The notes under the pieces are model-generated. The model had not been told where the DNA came from and ran no database searches. It saw only the letters and a list, made by a program, of their open reading frames with translations. The position numbers and the translations under genes are program-made. A stretch of 64,000 nucleotides of DNA from Raillietiella orientalis (lineage: Eukaryota): positions 2,294,001 to 2,358,000 of the forward strand of contig JAYWIR010000011.1 of the NCBI GenBank assembly GCA_036172245.1, read 5' to 3'. Positions 1-11,400 of the stretch are shown here, piece after piece. The first letter of the stretch is position 1. The number at the start of each line of letters is the position of its first letter.

Positions 1-950
1 GCACCCAAAATTTCAGTCATCTGAACAGTACTCTGTGAATATGGAAACTGCAGTTAATCAAATCAGAAACTACCAGTTTATTCTTCCTTGAGACTTTTGA
101 TCATACACTTGAATAACTTTCATTAAAAGAGCATTTCCATAAAAAATAGATTTAAGTACTGCTTCCGTGTTTTCAGTGAACAGTGTATTCACACATCGAC
201 ATGAATATACGTGTATTGAACACAGCCGGTCTCAGGGAGTGTGTGTGTACTGCACAGAAAGACATCGCTTTTTTTTCTTATATAAGACCACTCGGTTTTC
301 TTCGCAGATCCGAAAGTTCCATTGATCCACATCCGAAATTATCCATTTCGAACTGCAGCAAAGTGGCAGCTGGCCTTGCAAGCTGTGAAGTTCGTGAACG
401 GAAAGAAGCCGAGGACGAGACTGCTTTTTTAGTACTGAGACTTCTGAGACTCGGCGCTGCCCAAGTCCAAAACGACTGATGGGCCGGCAAAACCGTGGCA
501 ACGTTTGGTAAACGTCACCATGGCGAGCTGCGCGCGGTGGAAGGAGCCCGTCGAAAGCGGCTCACGAGAAAGCCATCTTGCGATGATCCAGTTGGAGTCA
601 TCCATCCAGTTGTGATGATTTTCCAGTGATGTTTTTTGTTTTTTTTTTTCCTTTTATGCGAAATAAAAAAAAACACTCTCACGAGGCTGTCATCGTAATC
701 ACCTTTTAGAGACGATCTGTTGAGCGCTCGTACCGGATTAGACTTGAAACACAACAGTTGTGGTCCATGGATTGCATCTTATGCGAGTTAGCATACTGTG
801 TTAACTTTATATGTACAAATATGTGATGCCATGTATTGTAAAAACTTACGAAACTTATGCCCCCATGTGTCCTATACTACCCAAAGTGAGTGTTGCAAGT
901 GGCGAAGTTTTCGTCGAATTCATGAATTTCCTTAAAATACCATCTACAGA

Positions 951-3900
951 ATGGGGTTGCTGACAGGTCTCAACACGAATAGAGTATTTTTGCAAACCAT
1001 TCTTAGAAAATGGGAAAAGTATTTTATTGTAGTATCATATATTTTTGGCATACTATGGCTGCTTTTGTTGTCTTGTAAGCGCTACAACTTGGGTATGCTA
1101 TTTTCATAATTCAACTTTTTCAATTTGTATATGCTGCACGTTACCCTTTTCTCACTGTTGTTGCTGCTAATGTATAAGAACGTTTATCATATTGCCCCGG
1201 TCTATCCGTCATGTGATTTCAAGTAAAAGACGTATTAAGAATAGATAGTGATTAATTTTGTAGAGCATTTTAAATGTACGATTTCATCTAGCGGGTATTC
1301 TTAAATACATCGGAAATAACTCAAATATTATATACCAGAAAAGCATTCAATGATAGCATGGTAAGTTTGCATGCACTGAAAAGCTTAAAGAAACAAGGCT
1401 GTTTCTGTAAAGTAAACATGAAAGTAAGATACCAACAAAATGCAGTTTCACATCTGTGAATAATTCCACAAAATGAGATTTGTATTTGAAATTTTTTCTT
1501 TGTATTTACTGATTTTATCCATATTATGTACTTTCAAAAGCATTATTATGCATTTTATATTAGATTTATATCATTTTGTGTTTACTAATTAAAGAATGTA
1601 CACCAATTTCATTGAACTAATGCATAGTGTTAAAAACTTTATCATAACGGAAAAAATCACCTGTGGATTGCTGTGTGGAATTTTGTTATGTTGTAGCTTT
1701 TTCCATTTATTATTACGTGTATTGGAGTGTTTAGCATAATATTATTATAATCAGGTACCATAACAGTATGATATTGAATATGCACATACATGTAATTAAC
1801 CAACTTCAAAAACGTTGTGGTTTCTAAAGATTGACCCAAATTTTAGTGTAATCAACAATGGTGTTCATGTATATCTCAGCAGAAGATGGTTGGAGAGAAA
1901 TGAAAGTGTAAATCAAAACTGTGTATTTGTTGAAAAAAAATTAGCAATTTTTTGAAGTTAGTCACTTCTTTACTGTAACTATTTTAGCTCAAAATTAATG
2001 TCTACTTAATAGTGATATAAAACTAGAGCTGTGCTAGCTAATACCTTACAGTGAATGCTGCTTGATTGATGATCATTAGTGAACACTAAAACAAAGTTTT
2101 CTGGGTTTTCTGGAAACCATCAGGGAATCATGAATCAGAATTTTATAACTTTGTTGAATGGTGTTCTAAACATTGCAAAAAAAAAATAAAAATAAAGGCA
2201 TTCGTTGAGATTGAAACGAGAGCAAATTTTGATGATAACAGCTAGGATTAGATAAGAAGATGATGGCAATTTAAGTCTTTGAAATTCACAGGCATAAAGA
2301 TGTGGTGATCTTGTATGTAATTGAAGTGCATAGTTTGAATTAGCTTTAGAGATTATTTGTAGGTATAGGTACTTAACAACATCCTGAAACTATTTCTCAA
2401 AGTAGAACTATTAAAACATAATGCCAAAAATCTGCATTTCATCTAAAAGACACTCTGCAGCATTGAGAAAGCAAAGACTGATATTAGAGTTCCAAGTGTT
2501 GTTGCTTTTAATTAGAAAATTTATGATTGTGAATTAAATTTTATGATTTTATGATTACAAAAACGAAAATTTTCAAAGACAAGCTTACAATTTTGACCAG
2601 AATAAAAGACTGTGAGTCAATCAGATTGGTAGTTTTGCTTGCATACATTTATCATTAGCTGTTGTTTACTTAGCTGATTATTCTATTTGATGTGACCAGG
2701 TTAGAACTGTCTAATTAATTAATGGAACCTTGTGAGAAATGGAAAAAAATACAAAGTGTTGTAGAGAGATGGGATACCTGTCTTGATATTGTTCATGTCT
2801 GAAACACACACTTTATGTTGGTGATGAATTGTTGCACAAATCCAAATGCAGGATTTCAGGAGTTGTCCTGATGAGATTTTTGGATATTATTCCTAGTTTG
2901 CGTAGTCTGGTTTGTGTAATTATAGTCATTCTCGAAATAACTCTGTACTACCACTGCACAATAATATTTGGGATTAATAGCTGAAAAAGCAGATGATTTC
3001 AATGAAAGTTGTATAGATTTCTTGATTTTCTGAAGCAGTTTTGCTGAGAGTGTTGTAAATGATTCAAAGAGCAAACAGTTTTATGGGGGAGCTTTCATTA
3101 AAGATTCAATTTCCCAGTCATTTGGTTGGAAAATTCTGTTGGAGTAGAACCATGTCTCAAAAGCAGTGGGAACCTGCAAGCAAATTGGTTTCTGTAGTCA
3201 CCAATCATTTTGAAATGTTTTGTGAGTACTCTTAAATGGTCTGTCTTAAGGTGGAACTTGGTTCCACCTTGTGAAAATAAAGGGAAAAAACACAAATATT
3301 TGATAAAACCTTCAAGTTTCAAAGTTTCTGAAAATCTTGACAGTGGAACTTGGTGATGTGTTTTATGTGTTTAATCATCACAACAGAGAGGTTTGATGAT
3401 GGGAATTCAAAGTATTTAGAAGGAATTGATTTTTGATTTCACCGACTTTTTACAGGAACTTTGGTAAACTTGTGTAATTTAAATTTCTGCAAGAATTAAC
3501 GGTTCTTTGGAAAGTTGCAGATAGCACAAGATGGATTTATTTCAAATCTTTAACCATACTTCTTTGGCAGTTGAAAATGCTCTTATCGTCATCAATTTTG
3601 CAGATATTTAGTCATTATCTTGGCCTTTCTGAAAGAATAGTTCCGTAGCAGATTATAGCTGTTGATGCAATTCATCACTTGATGGATACATTTCCTGATT
3701 TCCAATGTTGGTAGCAATTATATTTGTTTAGCCATAGTCCAGGTTTTGGCTTAGATTATTTCTGTATACCCCAGGTGGGTAGCTTCTGCTTGGTTGAATA
3801 ATTTGCTGGAAAAATATTGAATGTCTTCCAAGAAATCATATGAGGTTTCTGCAACAAATTTCTCTGATGCTGAAATGATATTGTGATATTTTTTTTAGGT

Positions 3901-6900
3901 TGCTATTTCTCAGAGAATGCACTACTGCCAGGACTAGTTGATGTTTCTTATGATGGAGAAGACAAAGCAGCCTCGTATTTAAAAATACTGAATAGTTTCA
4001 ATGAATCTGCAGATGCAGATAAGGCGACTTCTTGGATCCTTAGAAAATTCCAGCATGCTGGACTGTATGCATATCTTCAGAATTACACAGTTCTTCATCC
4101 ATTCAGTGCTGACAAACAGGTTCTGTTCAAGTACTCTTAAGTAGAATGCTAAATTATTGTTTAGGTGCTGTTTGGAAATAATGTATATGCGGTGTTGCCT
4201 TCATCACGTTCCAGTGAAGCAGAAGCAATCATAATAAGCGCACCATATCGCACACTTGCAAATTCACATGAGAGCACTAATGTAGCTATTGCCTTGATGT
4301 TGTCAGCTGCAGAGCACTTCATAAGTAAGTAAGAGTATTCAGTTCCATGTTTTTTGATGTAAATTGTTTTCACTTTTCTTTAATCCCCATCAGTTTTTCA
4401 GCATGTTACATTGCCCGTATTTGCGGCAGTAATTTAATCTTGATCCAAAATAGTTGCAGCTGCATTCATTTCAGTTTTGCATGCTTGCTCTCAGATTTCA
4501 CGCCATATCAGTTTCTTAACAGATTTTGAAAATGGATGGGGTTTTTTGATGAATACATGATCCAGAGGGGGTGGGGGGAGGGTCTTATTTTGGCATGCAG
4601 AGGAAGCATGCACTTGTGCACATGATTTATGGGAGTAATCATATGGGATCTTTCCGGTATATGTGCGCACATCAATAGTTTTATTCATTTTTCCCAAGTA
4701 TTCTTGTCCTGTAATAAAGCAAAGGTGCACAATCATTTCAAGCAAAAACGAGTGAGTTGATGCCAACAACCGTGTTGATCGTTGCAACCAACGCACACAT
4801 TTGTAAAGCTATTGCAATTAACCTCCATAGGTGTTGGTTCCTAAATTTTGGCCTTTATTCGTGGATAGAATTGCACAATGAGTACAGATTGCATTCGGAG
4901 TCATCCTGAATGCATTTGTTGGCTTGTTTCCTGTATTCTGGAGCAAATTTCACTCGACCCGAGCACGCACACGCATTTGCAAATGTTTTTTGGTCCTTCA
5001 TGTGCAGCTACCTTGCAACTGTGATAGGCAGAAGCAAATTTAAACAGTCTGAGTCTGAGAAAGAAAGATTTGAGATTGTTTTCTCGAATTTAATTTATGT
5101 TCTCGGTAATTTTTATCGAGAGCACACGCCACAATTATTTGAGCTTGCCATATCCAATTTGCTTATCTTGTTTGCAGCCAATGTTTAAAATTTTGCTTAA
5201 ACCGCGGATCTGTGGAGTCACTTTGTGATTTTGACCTGTTATTTTCAGATAGACCATACTGGGCCAAAGATATAATTTTTGTGATAAGTGATAATGGGGA
5301 GCTGGGAATACAAGCTTGGCTGCAAGCGTACTATGGTTTGCCCTCGGGAACTTCATCTTTCAAAGTTGCCGACTTGAGCAAACGTGGTGGAGCGATTCAA
5401 GTGGGATGGAGCGCTTTGGTGGTGTCATGGGAATTCCCTTGCTCGTTTTGTAGGCTGCGGTCAATCTGGATTTGGATTCTTTGGATTTCAGTGCTGTCGA
5501 TGTGAAATACCTAGGAGCTAATGGGCAGCTCCCCAATCTAGATCTCGTTAACCTTATCCATTGGTTATGTAAGCAGGAAGGTTTACTTCACATTCAGGAG
5601 GAAATGGTATCGTCGCTTCAGTTCTCCTTTGTGTAATTCCGGATGATGCAAAAACTGTCTCCAGCCAGACCACCCTCACCCACTGATGTGGAGTGGATGG
5701 AAGCACAATTGGGTGACTTTGTTGTCCCTCATCTATCGTCAGGCGACAGGAATTTCCACCGGGAACCACGGCTCGTTCTTGTCCTACGGCATTCCGGCGG
5801 TGACATTGAAAACGCATGCAGACAGTCCTGTGCACAGGACCAGTAAGCAGTTGCACAGTTTGCATTCTCTAGGCAGGTCTGCTGAGACGTTTTAATCGTT
5901 GTGTCGATCTTTACGTCCGCCGCCGTACACCCAGGTTGTTGGAGGGAACTTTGCGTAGTCTCAACAACTTACTTGAGAGGCTGCACCAGTCCTACTTTTT
6001 TTACCTGATGCCTTCCACGGATCGTTTCATTTCCATTGGTAAGGTGTTTCGAAATCAGTTTCTCTCCCGGCATCCAGGCTAATGGTGACGATTCAAGGAT
6101 TGTACATGCCTTCGTTGTGCCTGATTATGGCCGGGTTGTTACTGCAGTTGTTGTTGTTGTGGTTCGAGATGCAGAAGATCGCCCAACTCAACTGGCTCGT
6201 GAGTCCCCAGTGGTCCACGTGCCCCGGTGTGCATTGTCCCTAATTTTTCCGATCGTAGAAAATCCTCGAGCAGGCGCTGATCGTCCATCTGCTGCCTGTT
6301 GCATGCATGCTGCTGTGCACGTGGACCCAAGCGTGGGAGCCGAACAGCCCGGCGTTTCCCTACTCTGCTGTCTCCTGGGCATTCATAATCGTGTGCTTGA
6401 CCCTTCTGGATTCCCTGTGCAACTTATACGATAAGTACGCGGGGAGCTGGCGGCGTCGAGAGTGGGCGACGGGGGTCGTCCACCACCGCAGGTCCGACTG
6501 GCACCTGCTCAAGAGTTTCGTCCTGCTGGAAGTCCTGTGCGTCGTGTTCACCATCTCGACTTTCAACTTTTCCCTCGCATGGCTGATGGCCGCGATCTAC
6601 GTGCCCGCGCTCTGCTGCGCGCAGCCGTGGTCACACAGGTAAGGGACGGTGGCCTAACGGAGCAGTGCCGTGAGCGTTCTGCCAGCAGAGCGGCTCGTGT
6701 TGCTTGCAGGTCGATGCTGATGCTCGCCCACCCCTTCGTTGTTTCACTGGGATGCTTGGTGCTGCACGCGTGGATCCTTTCTCCCGACATTCACATAGTT
6801 CGACTGTTTACAGATTCACTCCTTGAACAAGAGAATTTTATTCTGCGTGCCCTTGTTAAGTTTAAGCTGTGTGGTGTTTGGGTAGCTCCTGTTTATTGGA

Positions 6901-6953
6901 TGCTTTTTATACCCATCTGGTATTTAGCGTGGGGTCTTTGCAAGGTGTCATGA
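951..6953 (+). CDS. GPAA1: GPI-anchor transamidase component Gaa1 (GPI anchor attachment 1), multi-pass ER membrane protein
   Basis: Phase-consistent GT-AG exons: 951-1092, 3899-4119, 4165-4324, 5249-5400, 5454-5606, 5665-5876, 5935-6038, 6098-6198, 6259-6638, 6686-6953 (TGA). The translation gives Gaa1 hallmarks: MGLL start plus TM helix, [94 protein letters not shown], and a hydrophobic C-terminus. Confidence 0.95.
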
Positions 6954-7028
6954 CAAAACGTGGTATCCGATTGCAACTTGCGATTTGATGCTTAAAGTCT
7001 TTGTTTGCCACCCACCAAGAAACCATTG

Positions 7029-7034
7029 ATTAAA
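7029..7034 (+). promoter_or_regulatory. Candidate ATTAAA poly(A) signal for GPAA1
   Basis: ATTAAA 76 nt after the GPAA1 stop, followed by an A-rich tract and then T/GT-rich sequence. Confidence 0.4.
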
Positions 7035-7202
7035 AAAAAAAAACAAAAAAACAAAAATTTGCTTTTTCGTTATAGTTGCTCCGTCTCGTAGTTTCTGTGT
7101 GAGAGATGTGCGAAGCATAAGTGCACGTTGAGGTTGCCGTCTCACGAGCCAAGCTCAGTATCTTGCTCATCGTTGTCGGCTCATTGGTTCCTCCTCCTCT
7201 CC

Positions 7203-8438
7203 ATGTGTGTTTATTTGGACAGGCTCTTGCTTTGCCTCATAGTTTGTGCGTGCTGTTGCAGCTGCCAGGAAAGGGAGAGTGATGGGTTCTACACTCCCGA
7301 AAAGAATTCTTGGGATGGGGAACCGCATCACCACCACCACCACCACCACTTCTCCCAGGACATGTTTCTCGGTTTGTACTGCGCGGTCCCTCACGCAGCC
7401 TTTAGTGGGTGCGCGCGCATCAGATAGCGTGAAGGAGGACGACTCGGACCTTTCGGTCGAGGAGATCGAGAAGGCGTTGCGAGTGCTGGCACAGAAAATC
7501 GATGTCAACCACGACGAGCTCATATCGAGGGAGGAGCTGAAGGCCTGGATCCTGTCCTCCTTCCAGTAAAACTTGCCGCCGCGTCCCGGGGGGAACTCGA
7601 GCGACCGCCGGGATCTCTGCAGGAAGCTGTCCGTCGAGGAATCCGCCCGCAAGTTCCAGGAGGCCGATCTCGACAAGGACGCTAAGGTCTCCTGGCCGGA
7701 GTACATGGAACGCATGTACGGTGCCTCGGAAGGGAACCTGTTCGGGAGCCAACCGGAAGACAAGGAGAGCGAGCAGCAGGTGCGGTCGCGGGTCTGCCTT
7801 TCTTCACGGCTCCCCAGATGCTTAGCGAGGACCGGAAGCTGTTCCTGGCAGCCGACCGCGATTCGGACGGGTTCCTTGTGAGCGAGGAGTTCCTGAGCTT
7901 CACCCACCCGGAGGAGAGCCCCGACACGGTGTCCCTGTTGGTCAACCAGACCCTGGCCGAGAAGGACGCCGATTCGGACGGGAGGCTGAGCTTCGAGGAG
8001 TACATGATGGATGCGTCCGGTAAGAATCGAGGGCTCGCCGGAGAGCCGCGCGCGGCTCGCTGCCGGTCGCGAGAGCGCTGCCCTCAGCCCACAGCAAGGA
8101 CGAAGACGTGTACGGGGAAAGGACCACGTTCCACGCAGAGTACGATAAGAACGAGGACGGGTACCTGGACAGGAAGGAAATCGGTCTCTGGCTGGCCCCG
8201 GACAACGAGTGAGTTTCGAGCCCACCTCCCCCCTCCGAGTGCACCCGCAACGGCGGCGACGGAATTTTCCACCAGGCAGATCGCCGAAGAGGAAGTGGAC
8301 CATTTATTTCAAATGGCAGACGACGATGCCAGCGGGTTCCTTTCGTACGACGAAGTGGTGCGCAACCACGAAACGTTTCTCAGTAGTGAGGCCACGGACT
8401 ATGGTGACTTCCTCCATGAGATACACGACGAGCTGTAA
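7203..8438 (+). CDS. RCN2: Reticulocalbin-2-like (CREC family) ER-luminal multi-EF-hand Ca2+-binding protein
   Basis: Exons 7203-7371, 7424-7565, 7623-7779, 7818-8019, 8088-8208, 8276-8438 (TAA), all GT-AG and phase-consistent. Signal-peptide-like start (MCVYLDRLLLCLIVCACCC). Six EF-hand-like loops: DVNHDELISREE, DLDKDAKVSWPE, DRDSDGFLVSEE, DADSDGRLSFEE, DKNEDGYLDRKE, DDDASGFLSYDE. CREC motifs FTHPEE and IAEEEVDHL. The C-terminus SEATDYG...HDEL resembles RCN2 more than calumenin (SQATDFG...HDEF). Confidence 0.88.
8303..8308 (-). promoter_or_regulatory. Candidate AATAAA poly(A) signal for the dynein transcript, inside the last RCN2 coding exon
   Basis: Plus-strand TTTATT (within CAT TTA TTT, His-Leu-Phe) reads AATAAA on the minus strand, about 157 nt past the dynein stop. 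There is no hexamer in the 26-nt intergenic gap. Confidence 0.5.
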
Positions 8439-8464
8439 TTCGGACGAATAGGTGGATGGCGCGG

Positions 8465-11400
8465 CTAGCTGGCCAAGCTCAGCAGCATGGCAACTCCGCG
8501 CTTGATCCAGTGATCCGCGGTCATGCCGCCGCAGTTGAGCTCAATGGCAGCGATGAAATTTTGTGCGCCCGGCTCGTCTCCGCGGACGGGGTGGTAGTAC
8601 GTGGGACACACATACGTGCCTGCAACGCGAAAAGACACGCGAAATACAGAACGTGATTTACGTGTTCCCCTGCGCACCTTTCCTCGCCTTCTTGTGCTGC
8701 ACGGGTAGGAAATGGATGATGGGCATGGACGAGACCAGCTGCAGCAGCTTCGCTTCGGTCAACGTGGCGTGCTCCTTGTCCCAGCTCGCGCCTTCCAGGA
8801 AGAACCCCCTCACGTACAGACCGTCCTGAAGGAACGAGAGAGAAGCGAGCGTTCGCAGCGAAGGTCGCGAGCGGCCGCCTGACCTTGGCCCCTTCCAAGA
8901 CTTGCGTCTCGTCCGCCGTCAGGACGTCGTGCTCCCAGGAAAGCGTGTCGATGGACGTCCTCTCCTTCTGCGCAGCAGCCTTCGGGAGACGGGGGTCGCT
9001 GGACGGCCCCCCATCTGCCTGCACGCCGCCTACCTGCAGGGCCGCGACGAGGAAGCTGCCCGGGAATACGAACGCTCCGAGCCAGTACGCCGCAGGCGGG
9101 TGGGCGGACTTTGCCCACGTGGAGAAAAAGCCGATCCTTTCGATCAGGTCGTGGATCCATGCTCCCAGGGGTTTGAGCGACGCGTAAGCTTTTTTTGCGC
9201 GCGTTCGAGCCACTCGAACCTCCTCCTCCTCGCTCACCTTTTTTCCAAGCGGGCGGGATCTTCCCTGCGTAAAGGCACTCGCACACGCACTCGACCTCGG
9301 CGGTGATGACGACGTGACCCTTGATGGATTTCTGGGTGTTTTCCAAGGACCGCAGTATCGACGCGAGCAGGTGATTGTATGTCGTCACCTCGCGGATCAG
9401 AGCGATCGTCGGAGGCGAGCTGTCTCCGTGCAGGCGCCTCACGCCCTCCACGTCCAGCAAACCCGGAAGGGAGGCCAGGGTCTCTTGGGCCAGGAGGAGA
9501 ATCTGTTTCCAGTTGAGCCACGGGTGGCCACTTTTTCCTTCCCGCGGGCCGCCGCGGCCGTGCGCCCGTTACCTTCCTTTCCTTTTCTTGCTCCGAAGTT
9601 TCCGCTTCTCGAGGCTGCAGGGCGAGCAGCGTGGCAAACAGGTGCTTCGTTTCGATCGTCTGGACGGCTATGTCGGCGTTCAGGTGCTGGCCGAAGACTT
9701 CCGGGTGCTCCACGGTGGGGAGGCTTTGAATGAACTGCTTGTACGACGACAGGCTTCCATCTTTCGGGACGTAGTAAACGTCCAGCGTCGACAGTTTGTA
9801 GTAAGGGACGTTGAGCACGTCCTCGTTGAAAAGCGATGCAGCATACGTGTCCAAGATCCTCGCATCCCACCTGTCTGTCACGTGGCCTCCGTACAGGATG
9901 CTGCTCATCATGTACCGAAGGCCCGTCCAAGGGATCTGCTGGTACCCGTCCAGGTAACTGCTGAGCACCATCTCCGCAACCTGACGACGGAGAGAACGCG
10001 CTCATGGGGAAATAATTGCGGCGATCTAGTACTTCGAAGTCGGAGTCGTTGAAGCTGTACGCCATGTTGTATCCCATCTGGGAAAACTTTCTCCTTTCCA
10101 GCAGGACGGAATGGAAGAAGCAGAGAGAAAACAGCAGTTTCTTGTACGCGTTCCGGTTCTGGCATTTTCGAAAGACCGAGTCAGTAATTTGCTGGTACAG
10201 GCGCTTCATGCTGGCTCGCACTCCCTGGAAGAAGAAGCGTTTCCGCGCTCGTGACAGGCTTCGAATTCCGAAGGGTTGCCAGAAAAAAAAGGAAGAGGGA
10301 GAAAGAAACCTACTTTGGGGGGTTCCGCGGTCATTTTGATGCCGCTTTGCAAAATGGAAACGGGGAAACGTTTGTCCGGGATCGAGCTGAGCCACAGACG
10401 GAACGAAGCGTGGACTGTGTGGTCTCCCTGCAGCCCATCGATGACGCTTTCCAGTTCGGGCATCCAGTCCATCGACAGGTGGCAGTTGGCAAGGTACAGC
10501 CAATACCCTTGCCTTTTCGCGTCTTCCAGCAGACTGTCGGAGGGGAAAACGCAGGCCCTCAGTCGACCCAGAGTCTCGTCAGAGCGCGCCCGCAGGCACT
10601 TGGAGACGCGCGAGGCCGAGATCTCCCCCCCCCCCCCCCCTCACCTGATCGCCAGCGAGGTTTGCCCTTGTCCCAGCATCAGGGTGTGAAACTTGGAAGA
10701 GAACCCCATGAGCTCCGCCAGCTGATTCAGCGAGGCGCCAGGGTCGACACCGGGAGAAAGTAGAAATAGGAGGGGTGTTGAGGGCGAGGAGTAGTGCTCC
10801 ACGATGGGTCGGATGTTCAGAACCGGCGGCTCCGTAAATCTCTGTCCGATGGTGGCCGACACAAAATTGGTGATGGCCAAGAGCACTCTGTCTGGCCGCA
10901 GGCACCGGATGAACAGAATTCTCTGGAAGTCGTTGCATCTCGTTTCCCATTCACCTACGAGTGGGACAGAGGAAGTGAGCGCGTGCGAACCAGGAGTCCC
11001 ACTGCTCGGTTTGCGCCATCGCAGATCAGTTGCGGTCGCACGGGGAAACGACAGCCGGTCGCGTAGTCGCAGCCCGCTTGCCCTTCTTGTCCGTCTCCTG
11101 CGGCCACATAGTCGTCTGCACGGAAACTTCTGCGTGGAAAATCCGCCCGGGTGACGAGCGCGCGCGAGCGCAGCAAGCGGTCTTCAAGATCTGCCCGTCT
11201 TCCGTTGTTGCCCTTCCCGACTTGTGGATGCTCGGCAGCCCTTCTGCGGTTGTTGCTTCTGTTGTCCGCTCTGGCTCGTCCTTCAGATTGTGGCGATGAG
11301 GGGGGGAGGCGCACTCGTCAGAGCGGGAGCGGAACGGAGCTGTGACTCCCGCTCGTCATGAGAGCGCACAGGAACGGGGGGAGGGAGGGAGGGAAGGGAG

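Noticed and set aside
309..432. Possible terminal exon of an upstream + strand gene (TTTTCTTCGCAG|..PKVPLIHIRNYPFRTAAKWQLALQAVKFVNGKKPRTRLLF*)
   Set aside because: Good acceptor but no recognisable homology or upstream exon in the window; short minus-strand ORFs here are equally plausible.
1093..3898. Nested gene in the 2.8-kb AT-rich first GPAA1 intron
   Set aside because: Only short ORFs with no recognisable motifs, and candidate exons hit stops.
4700..5170. Scattered hAT-like words ([20 protein letters not shown]) on the minus strand in GPAA1 intron 3
   Set aside because: Too short and spread across frames to support a call without a search.
7167..8303. 378-aa antisense ORF over RCN2
   Set aside because: Shadow of G/C-ending codons and GC-rich introns; no recognisable domain.
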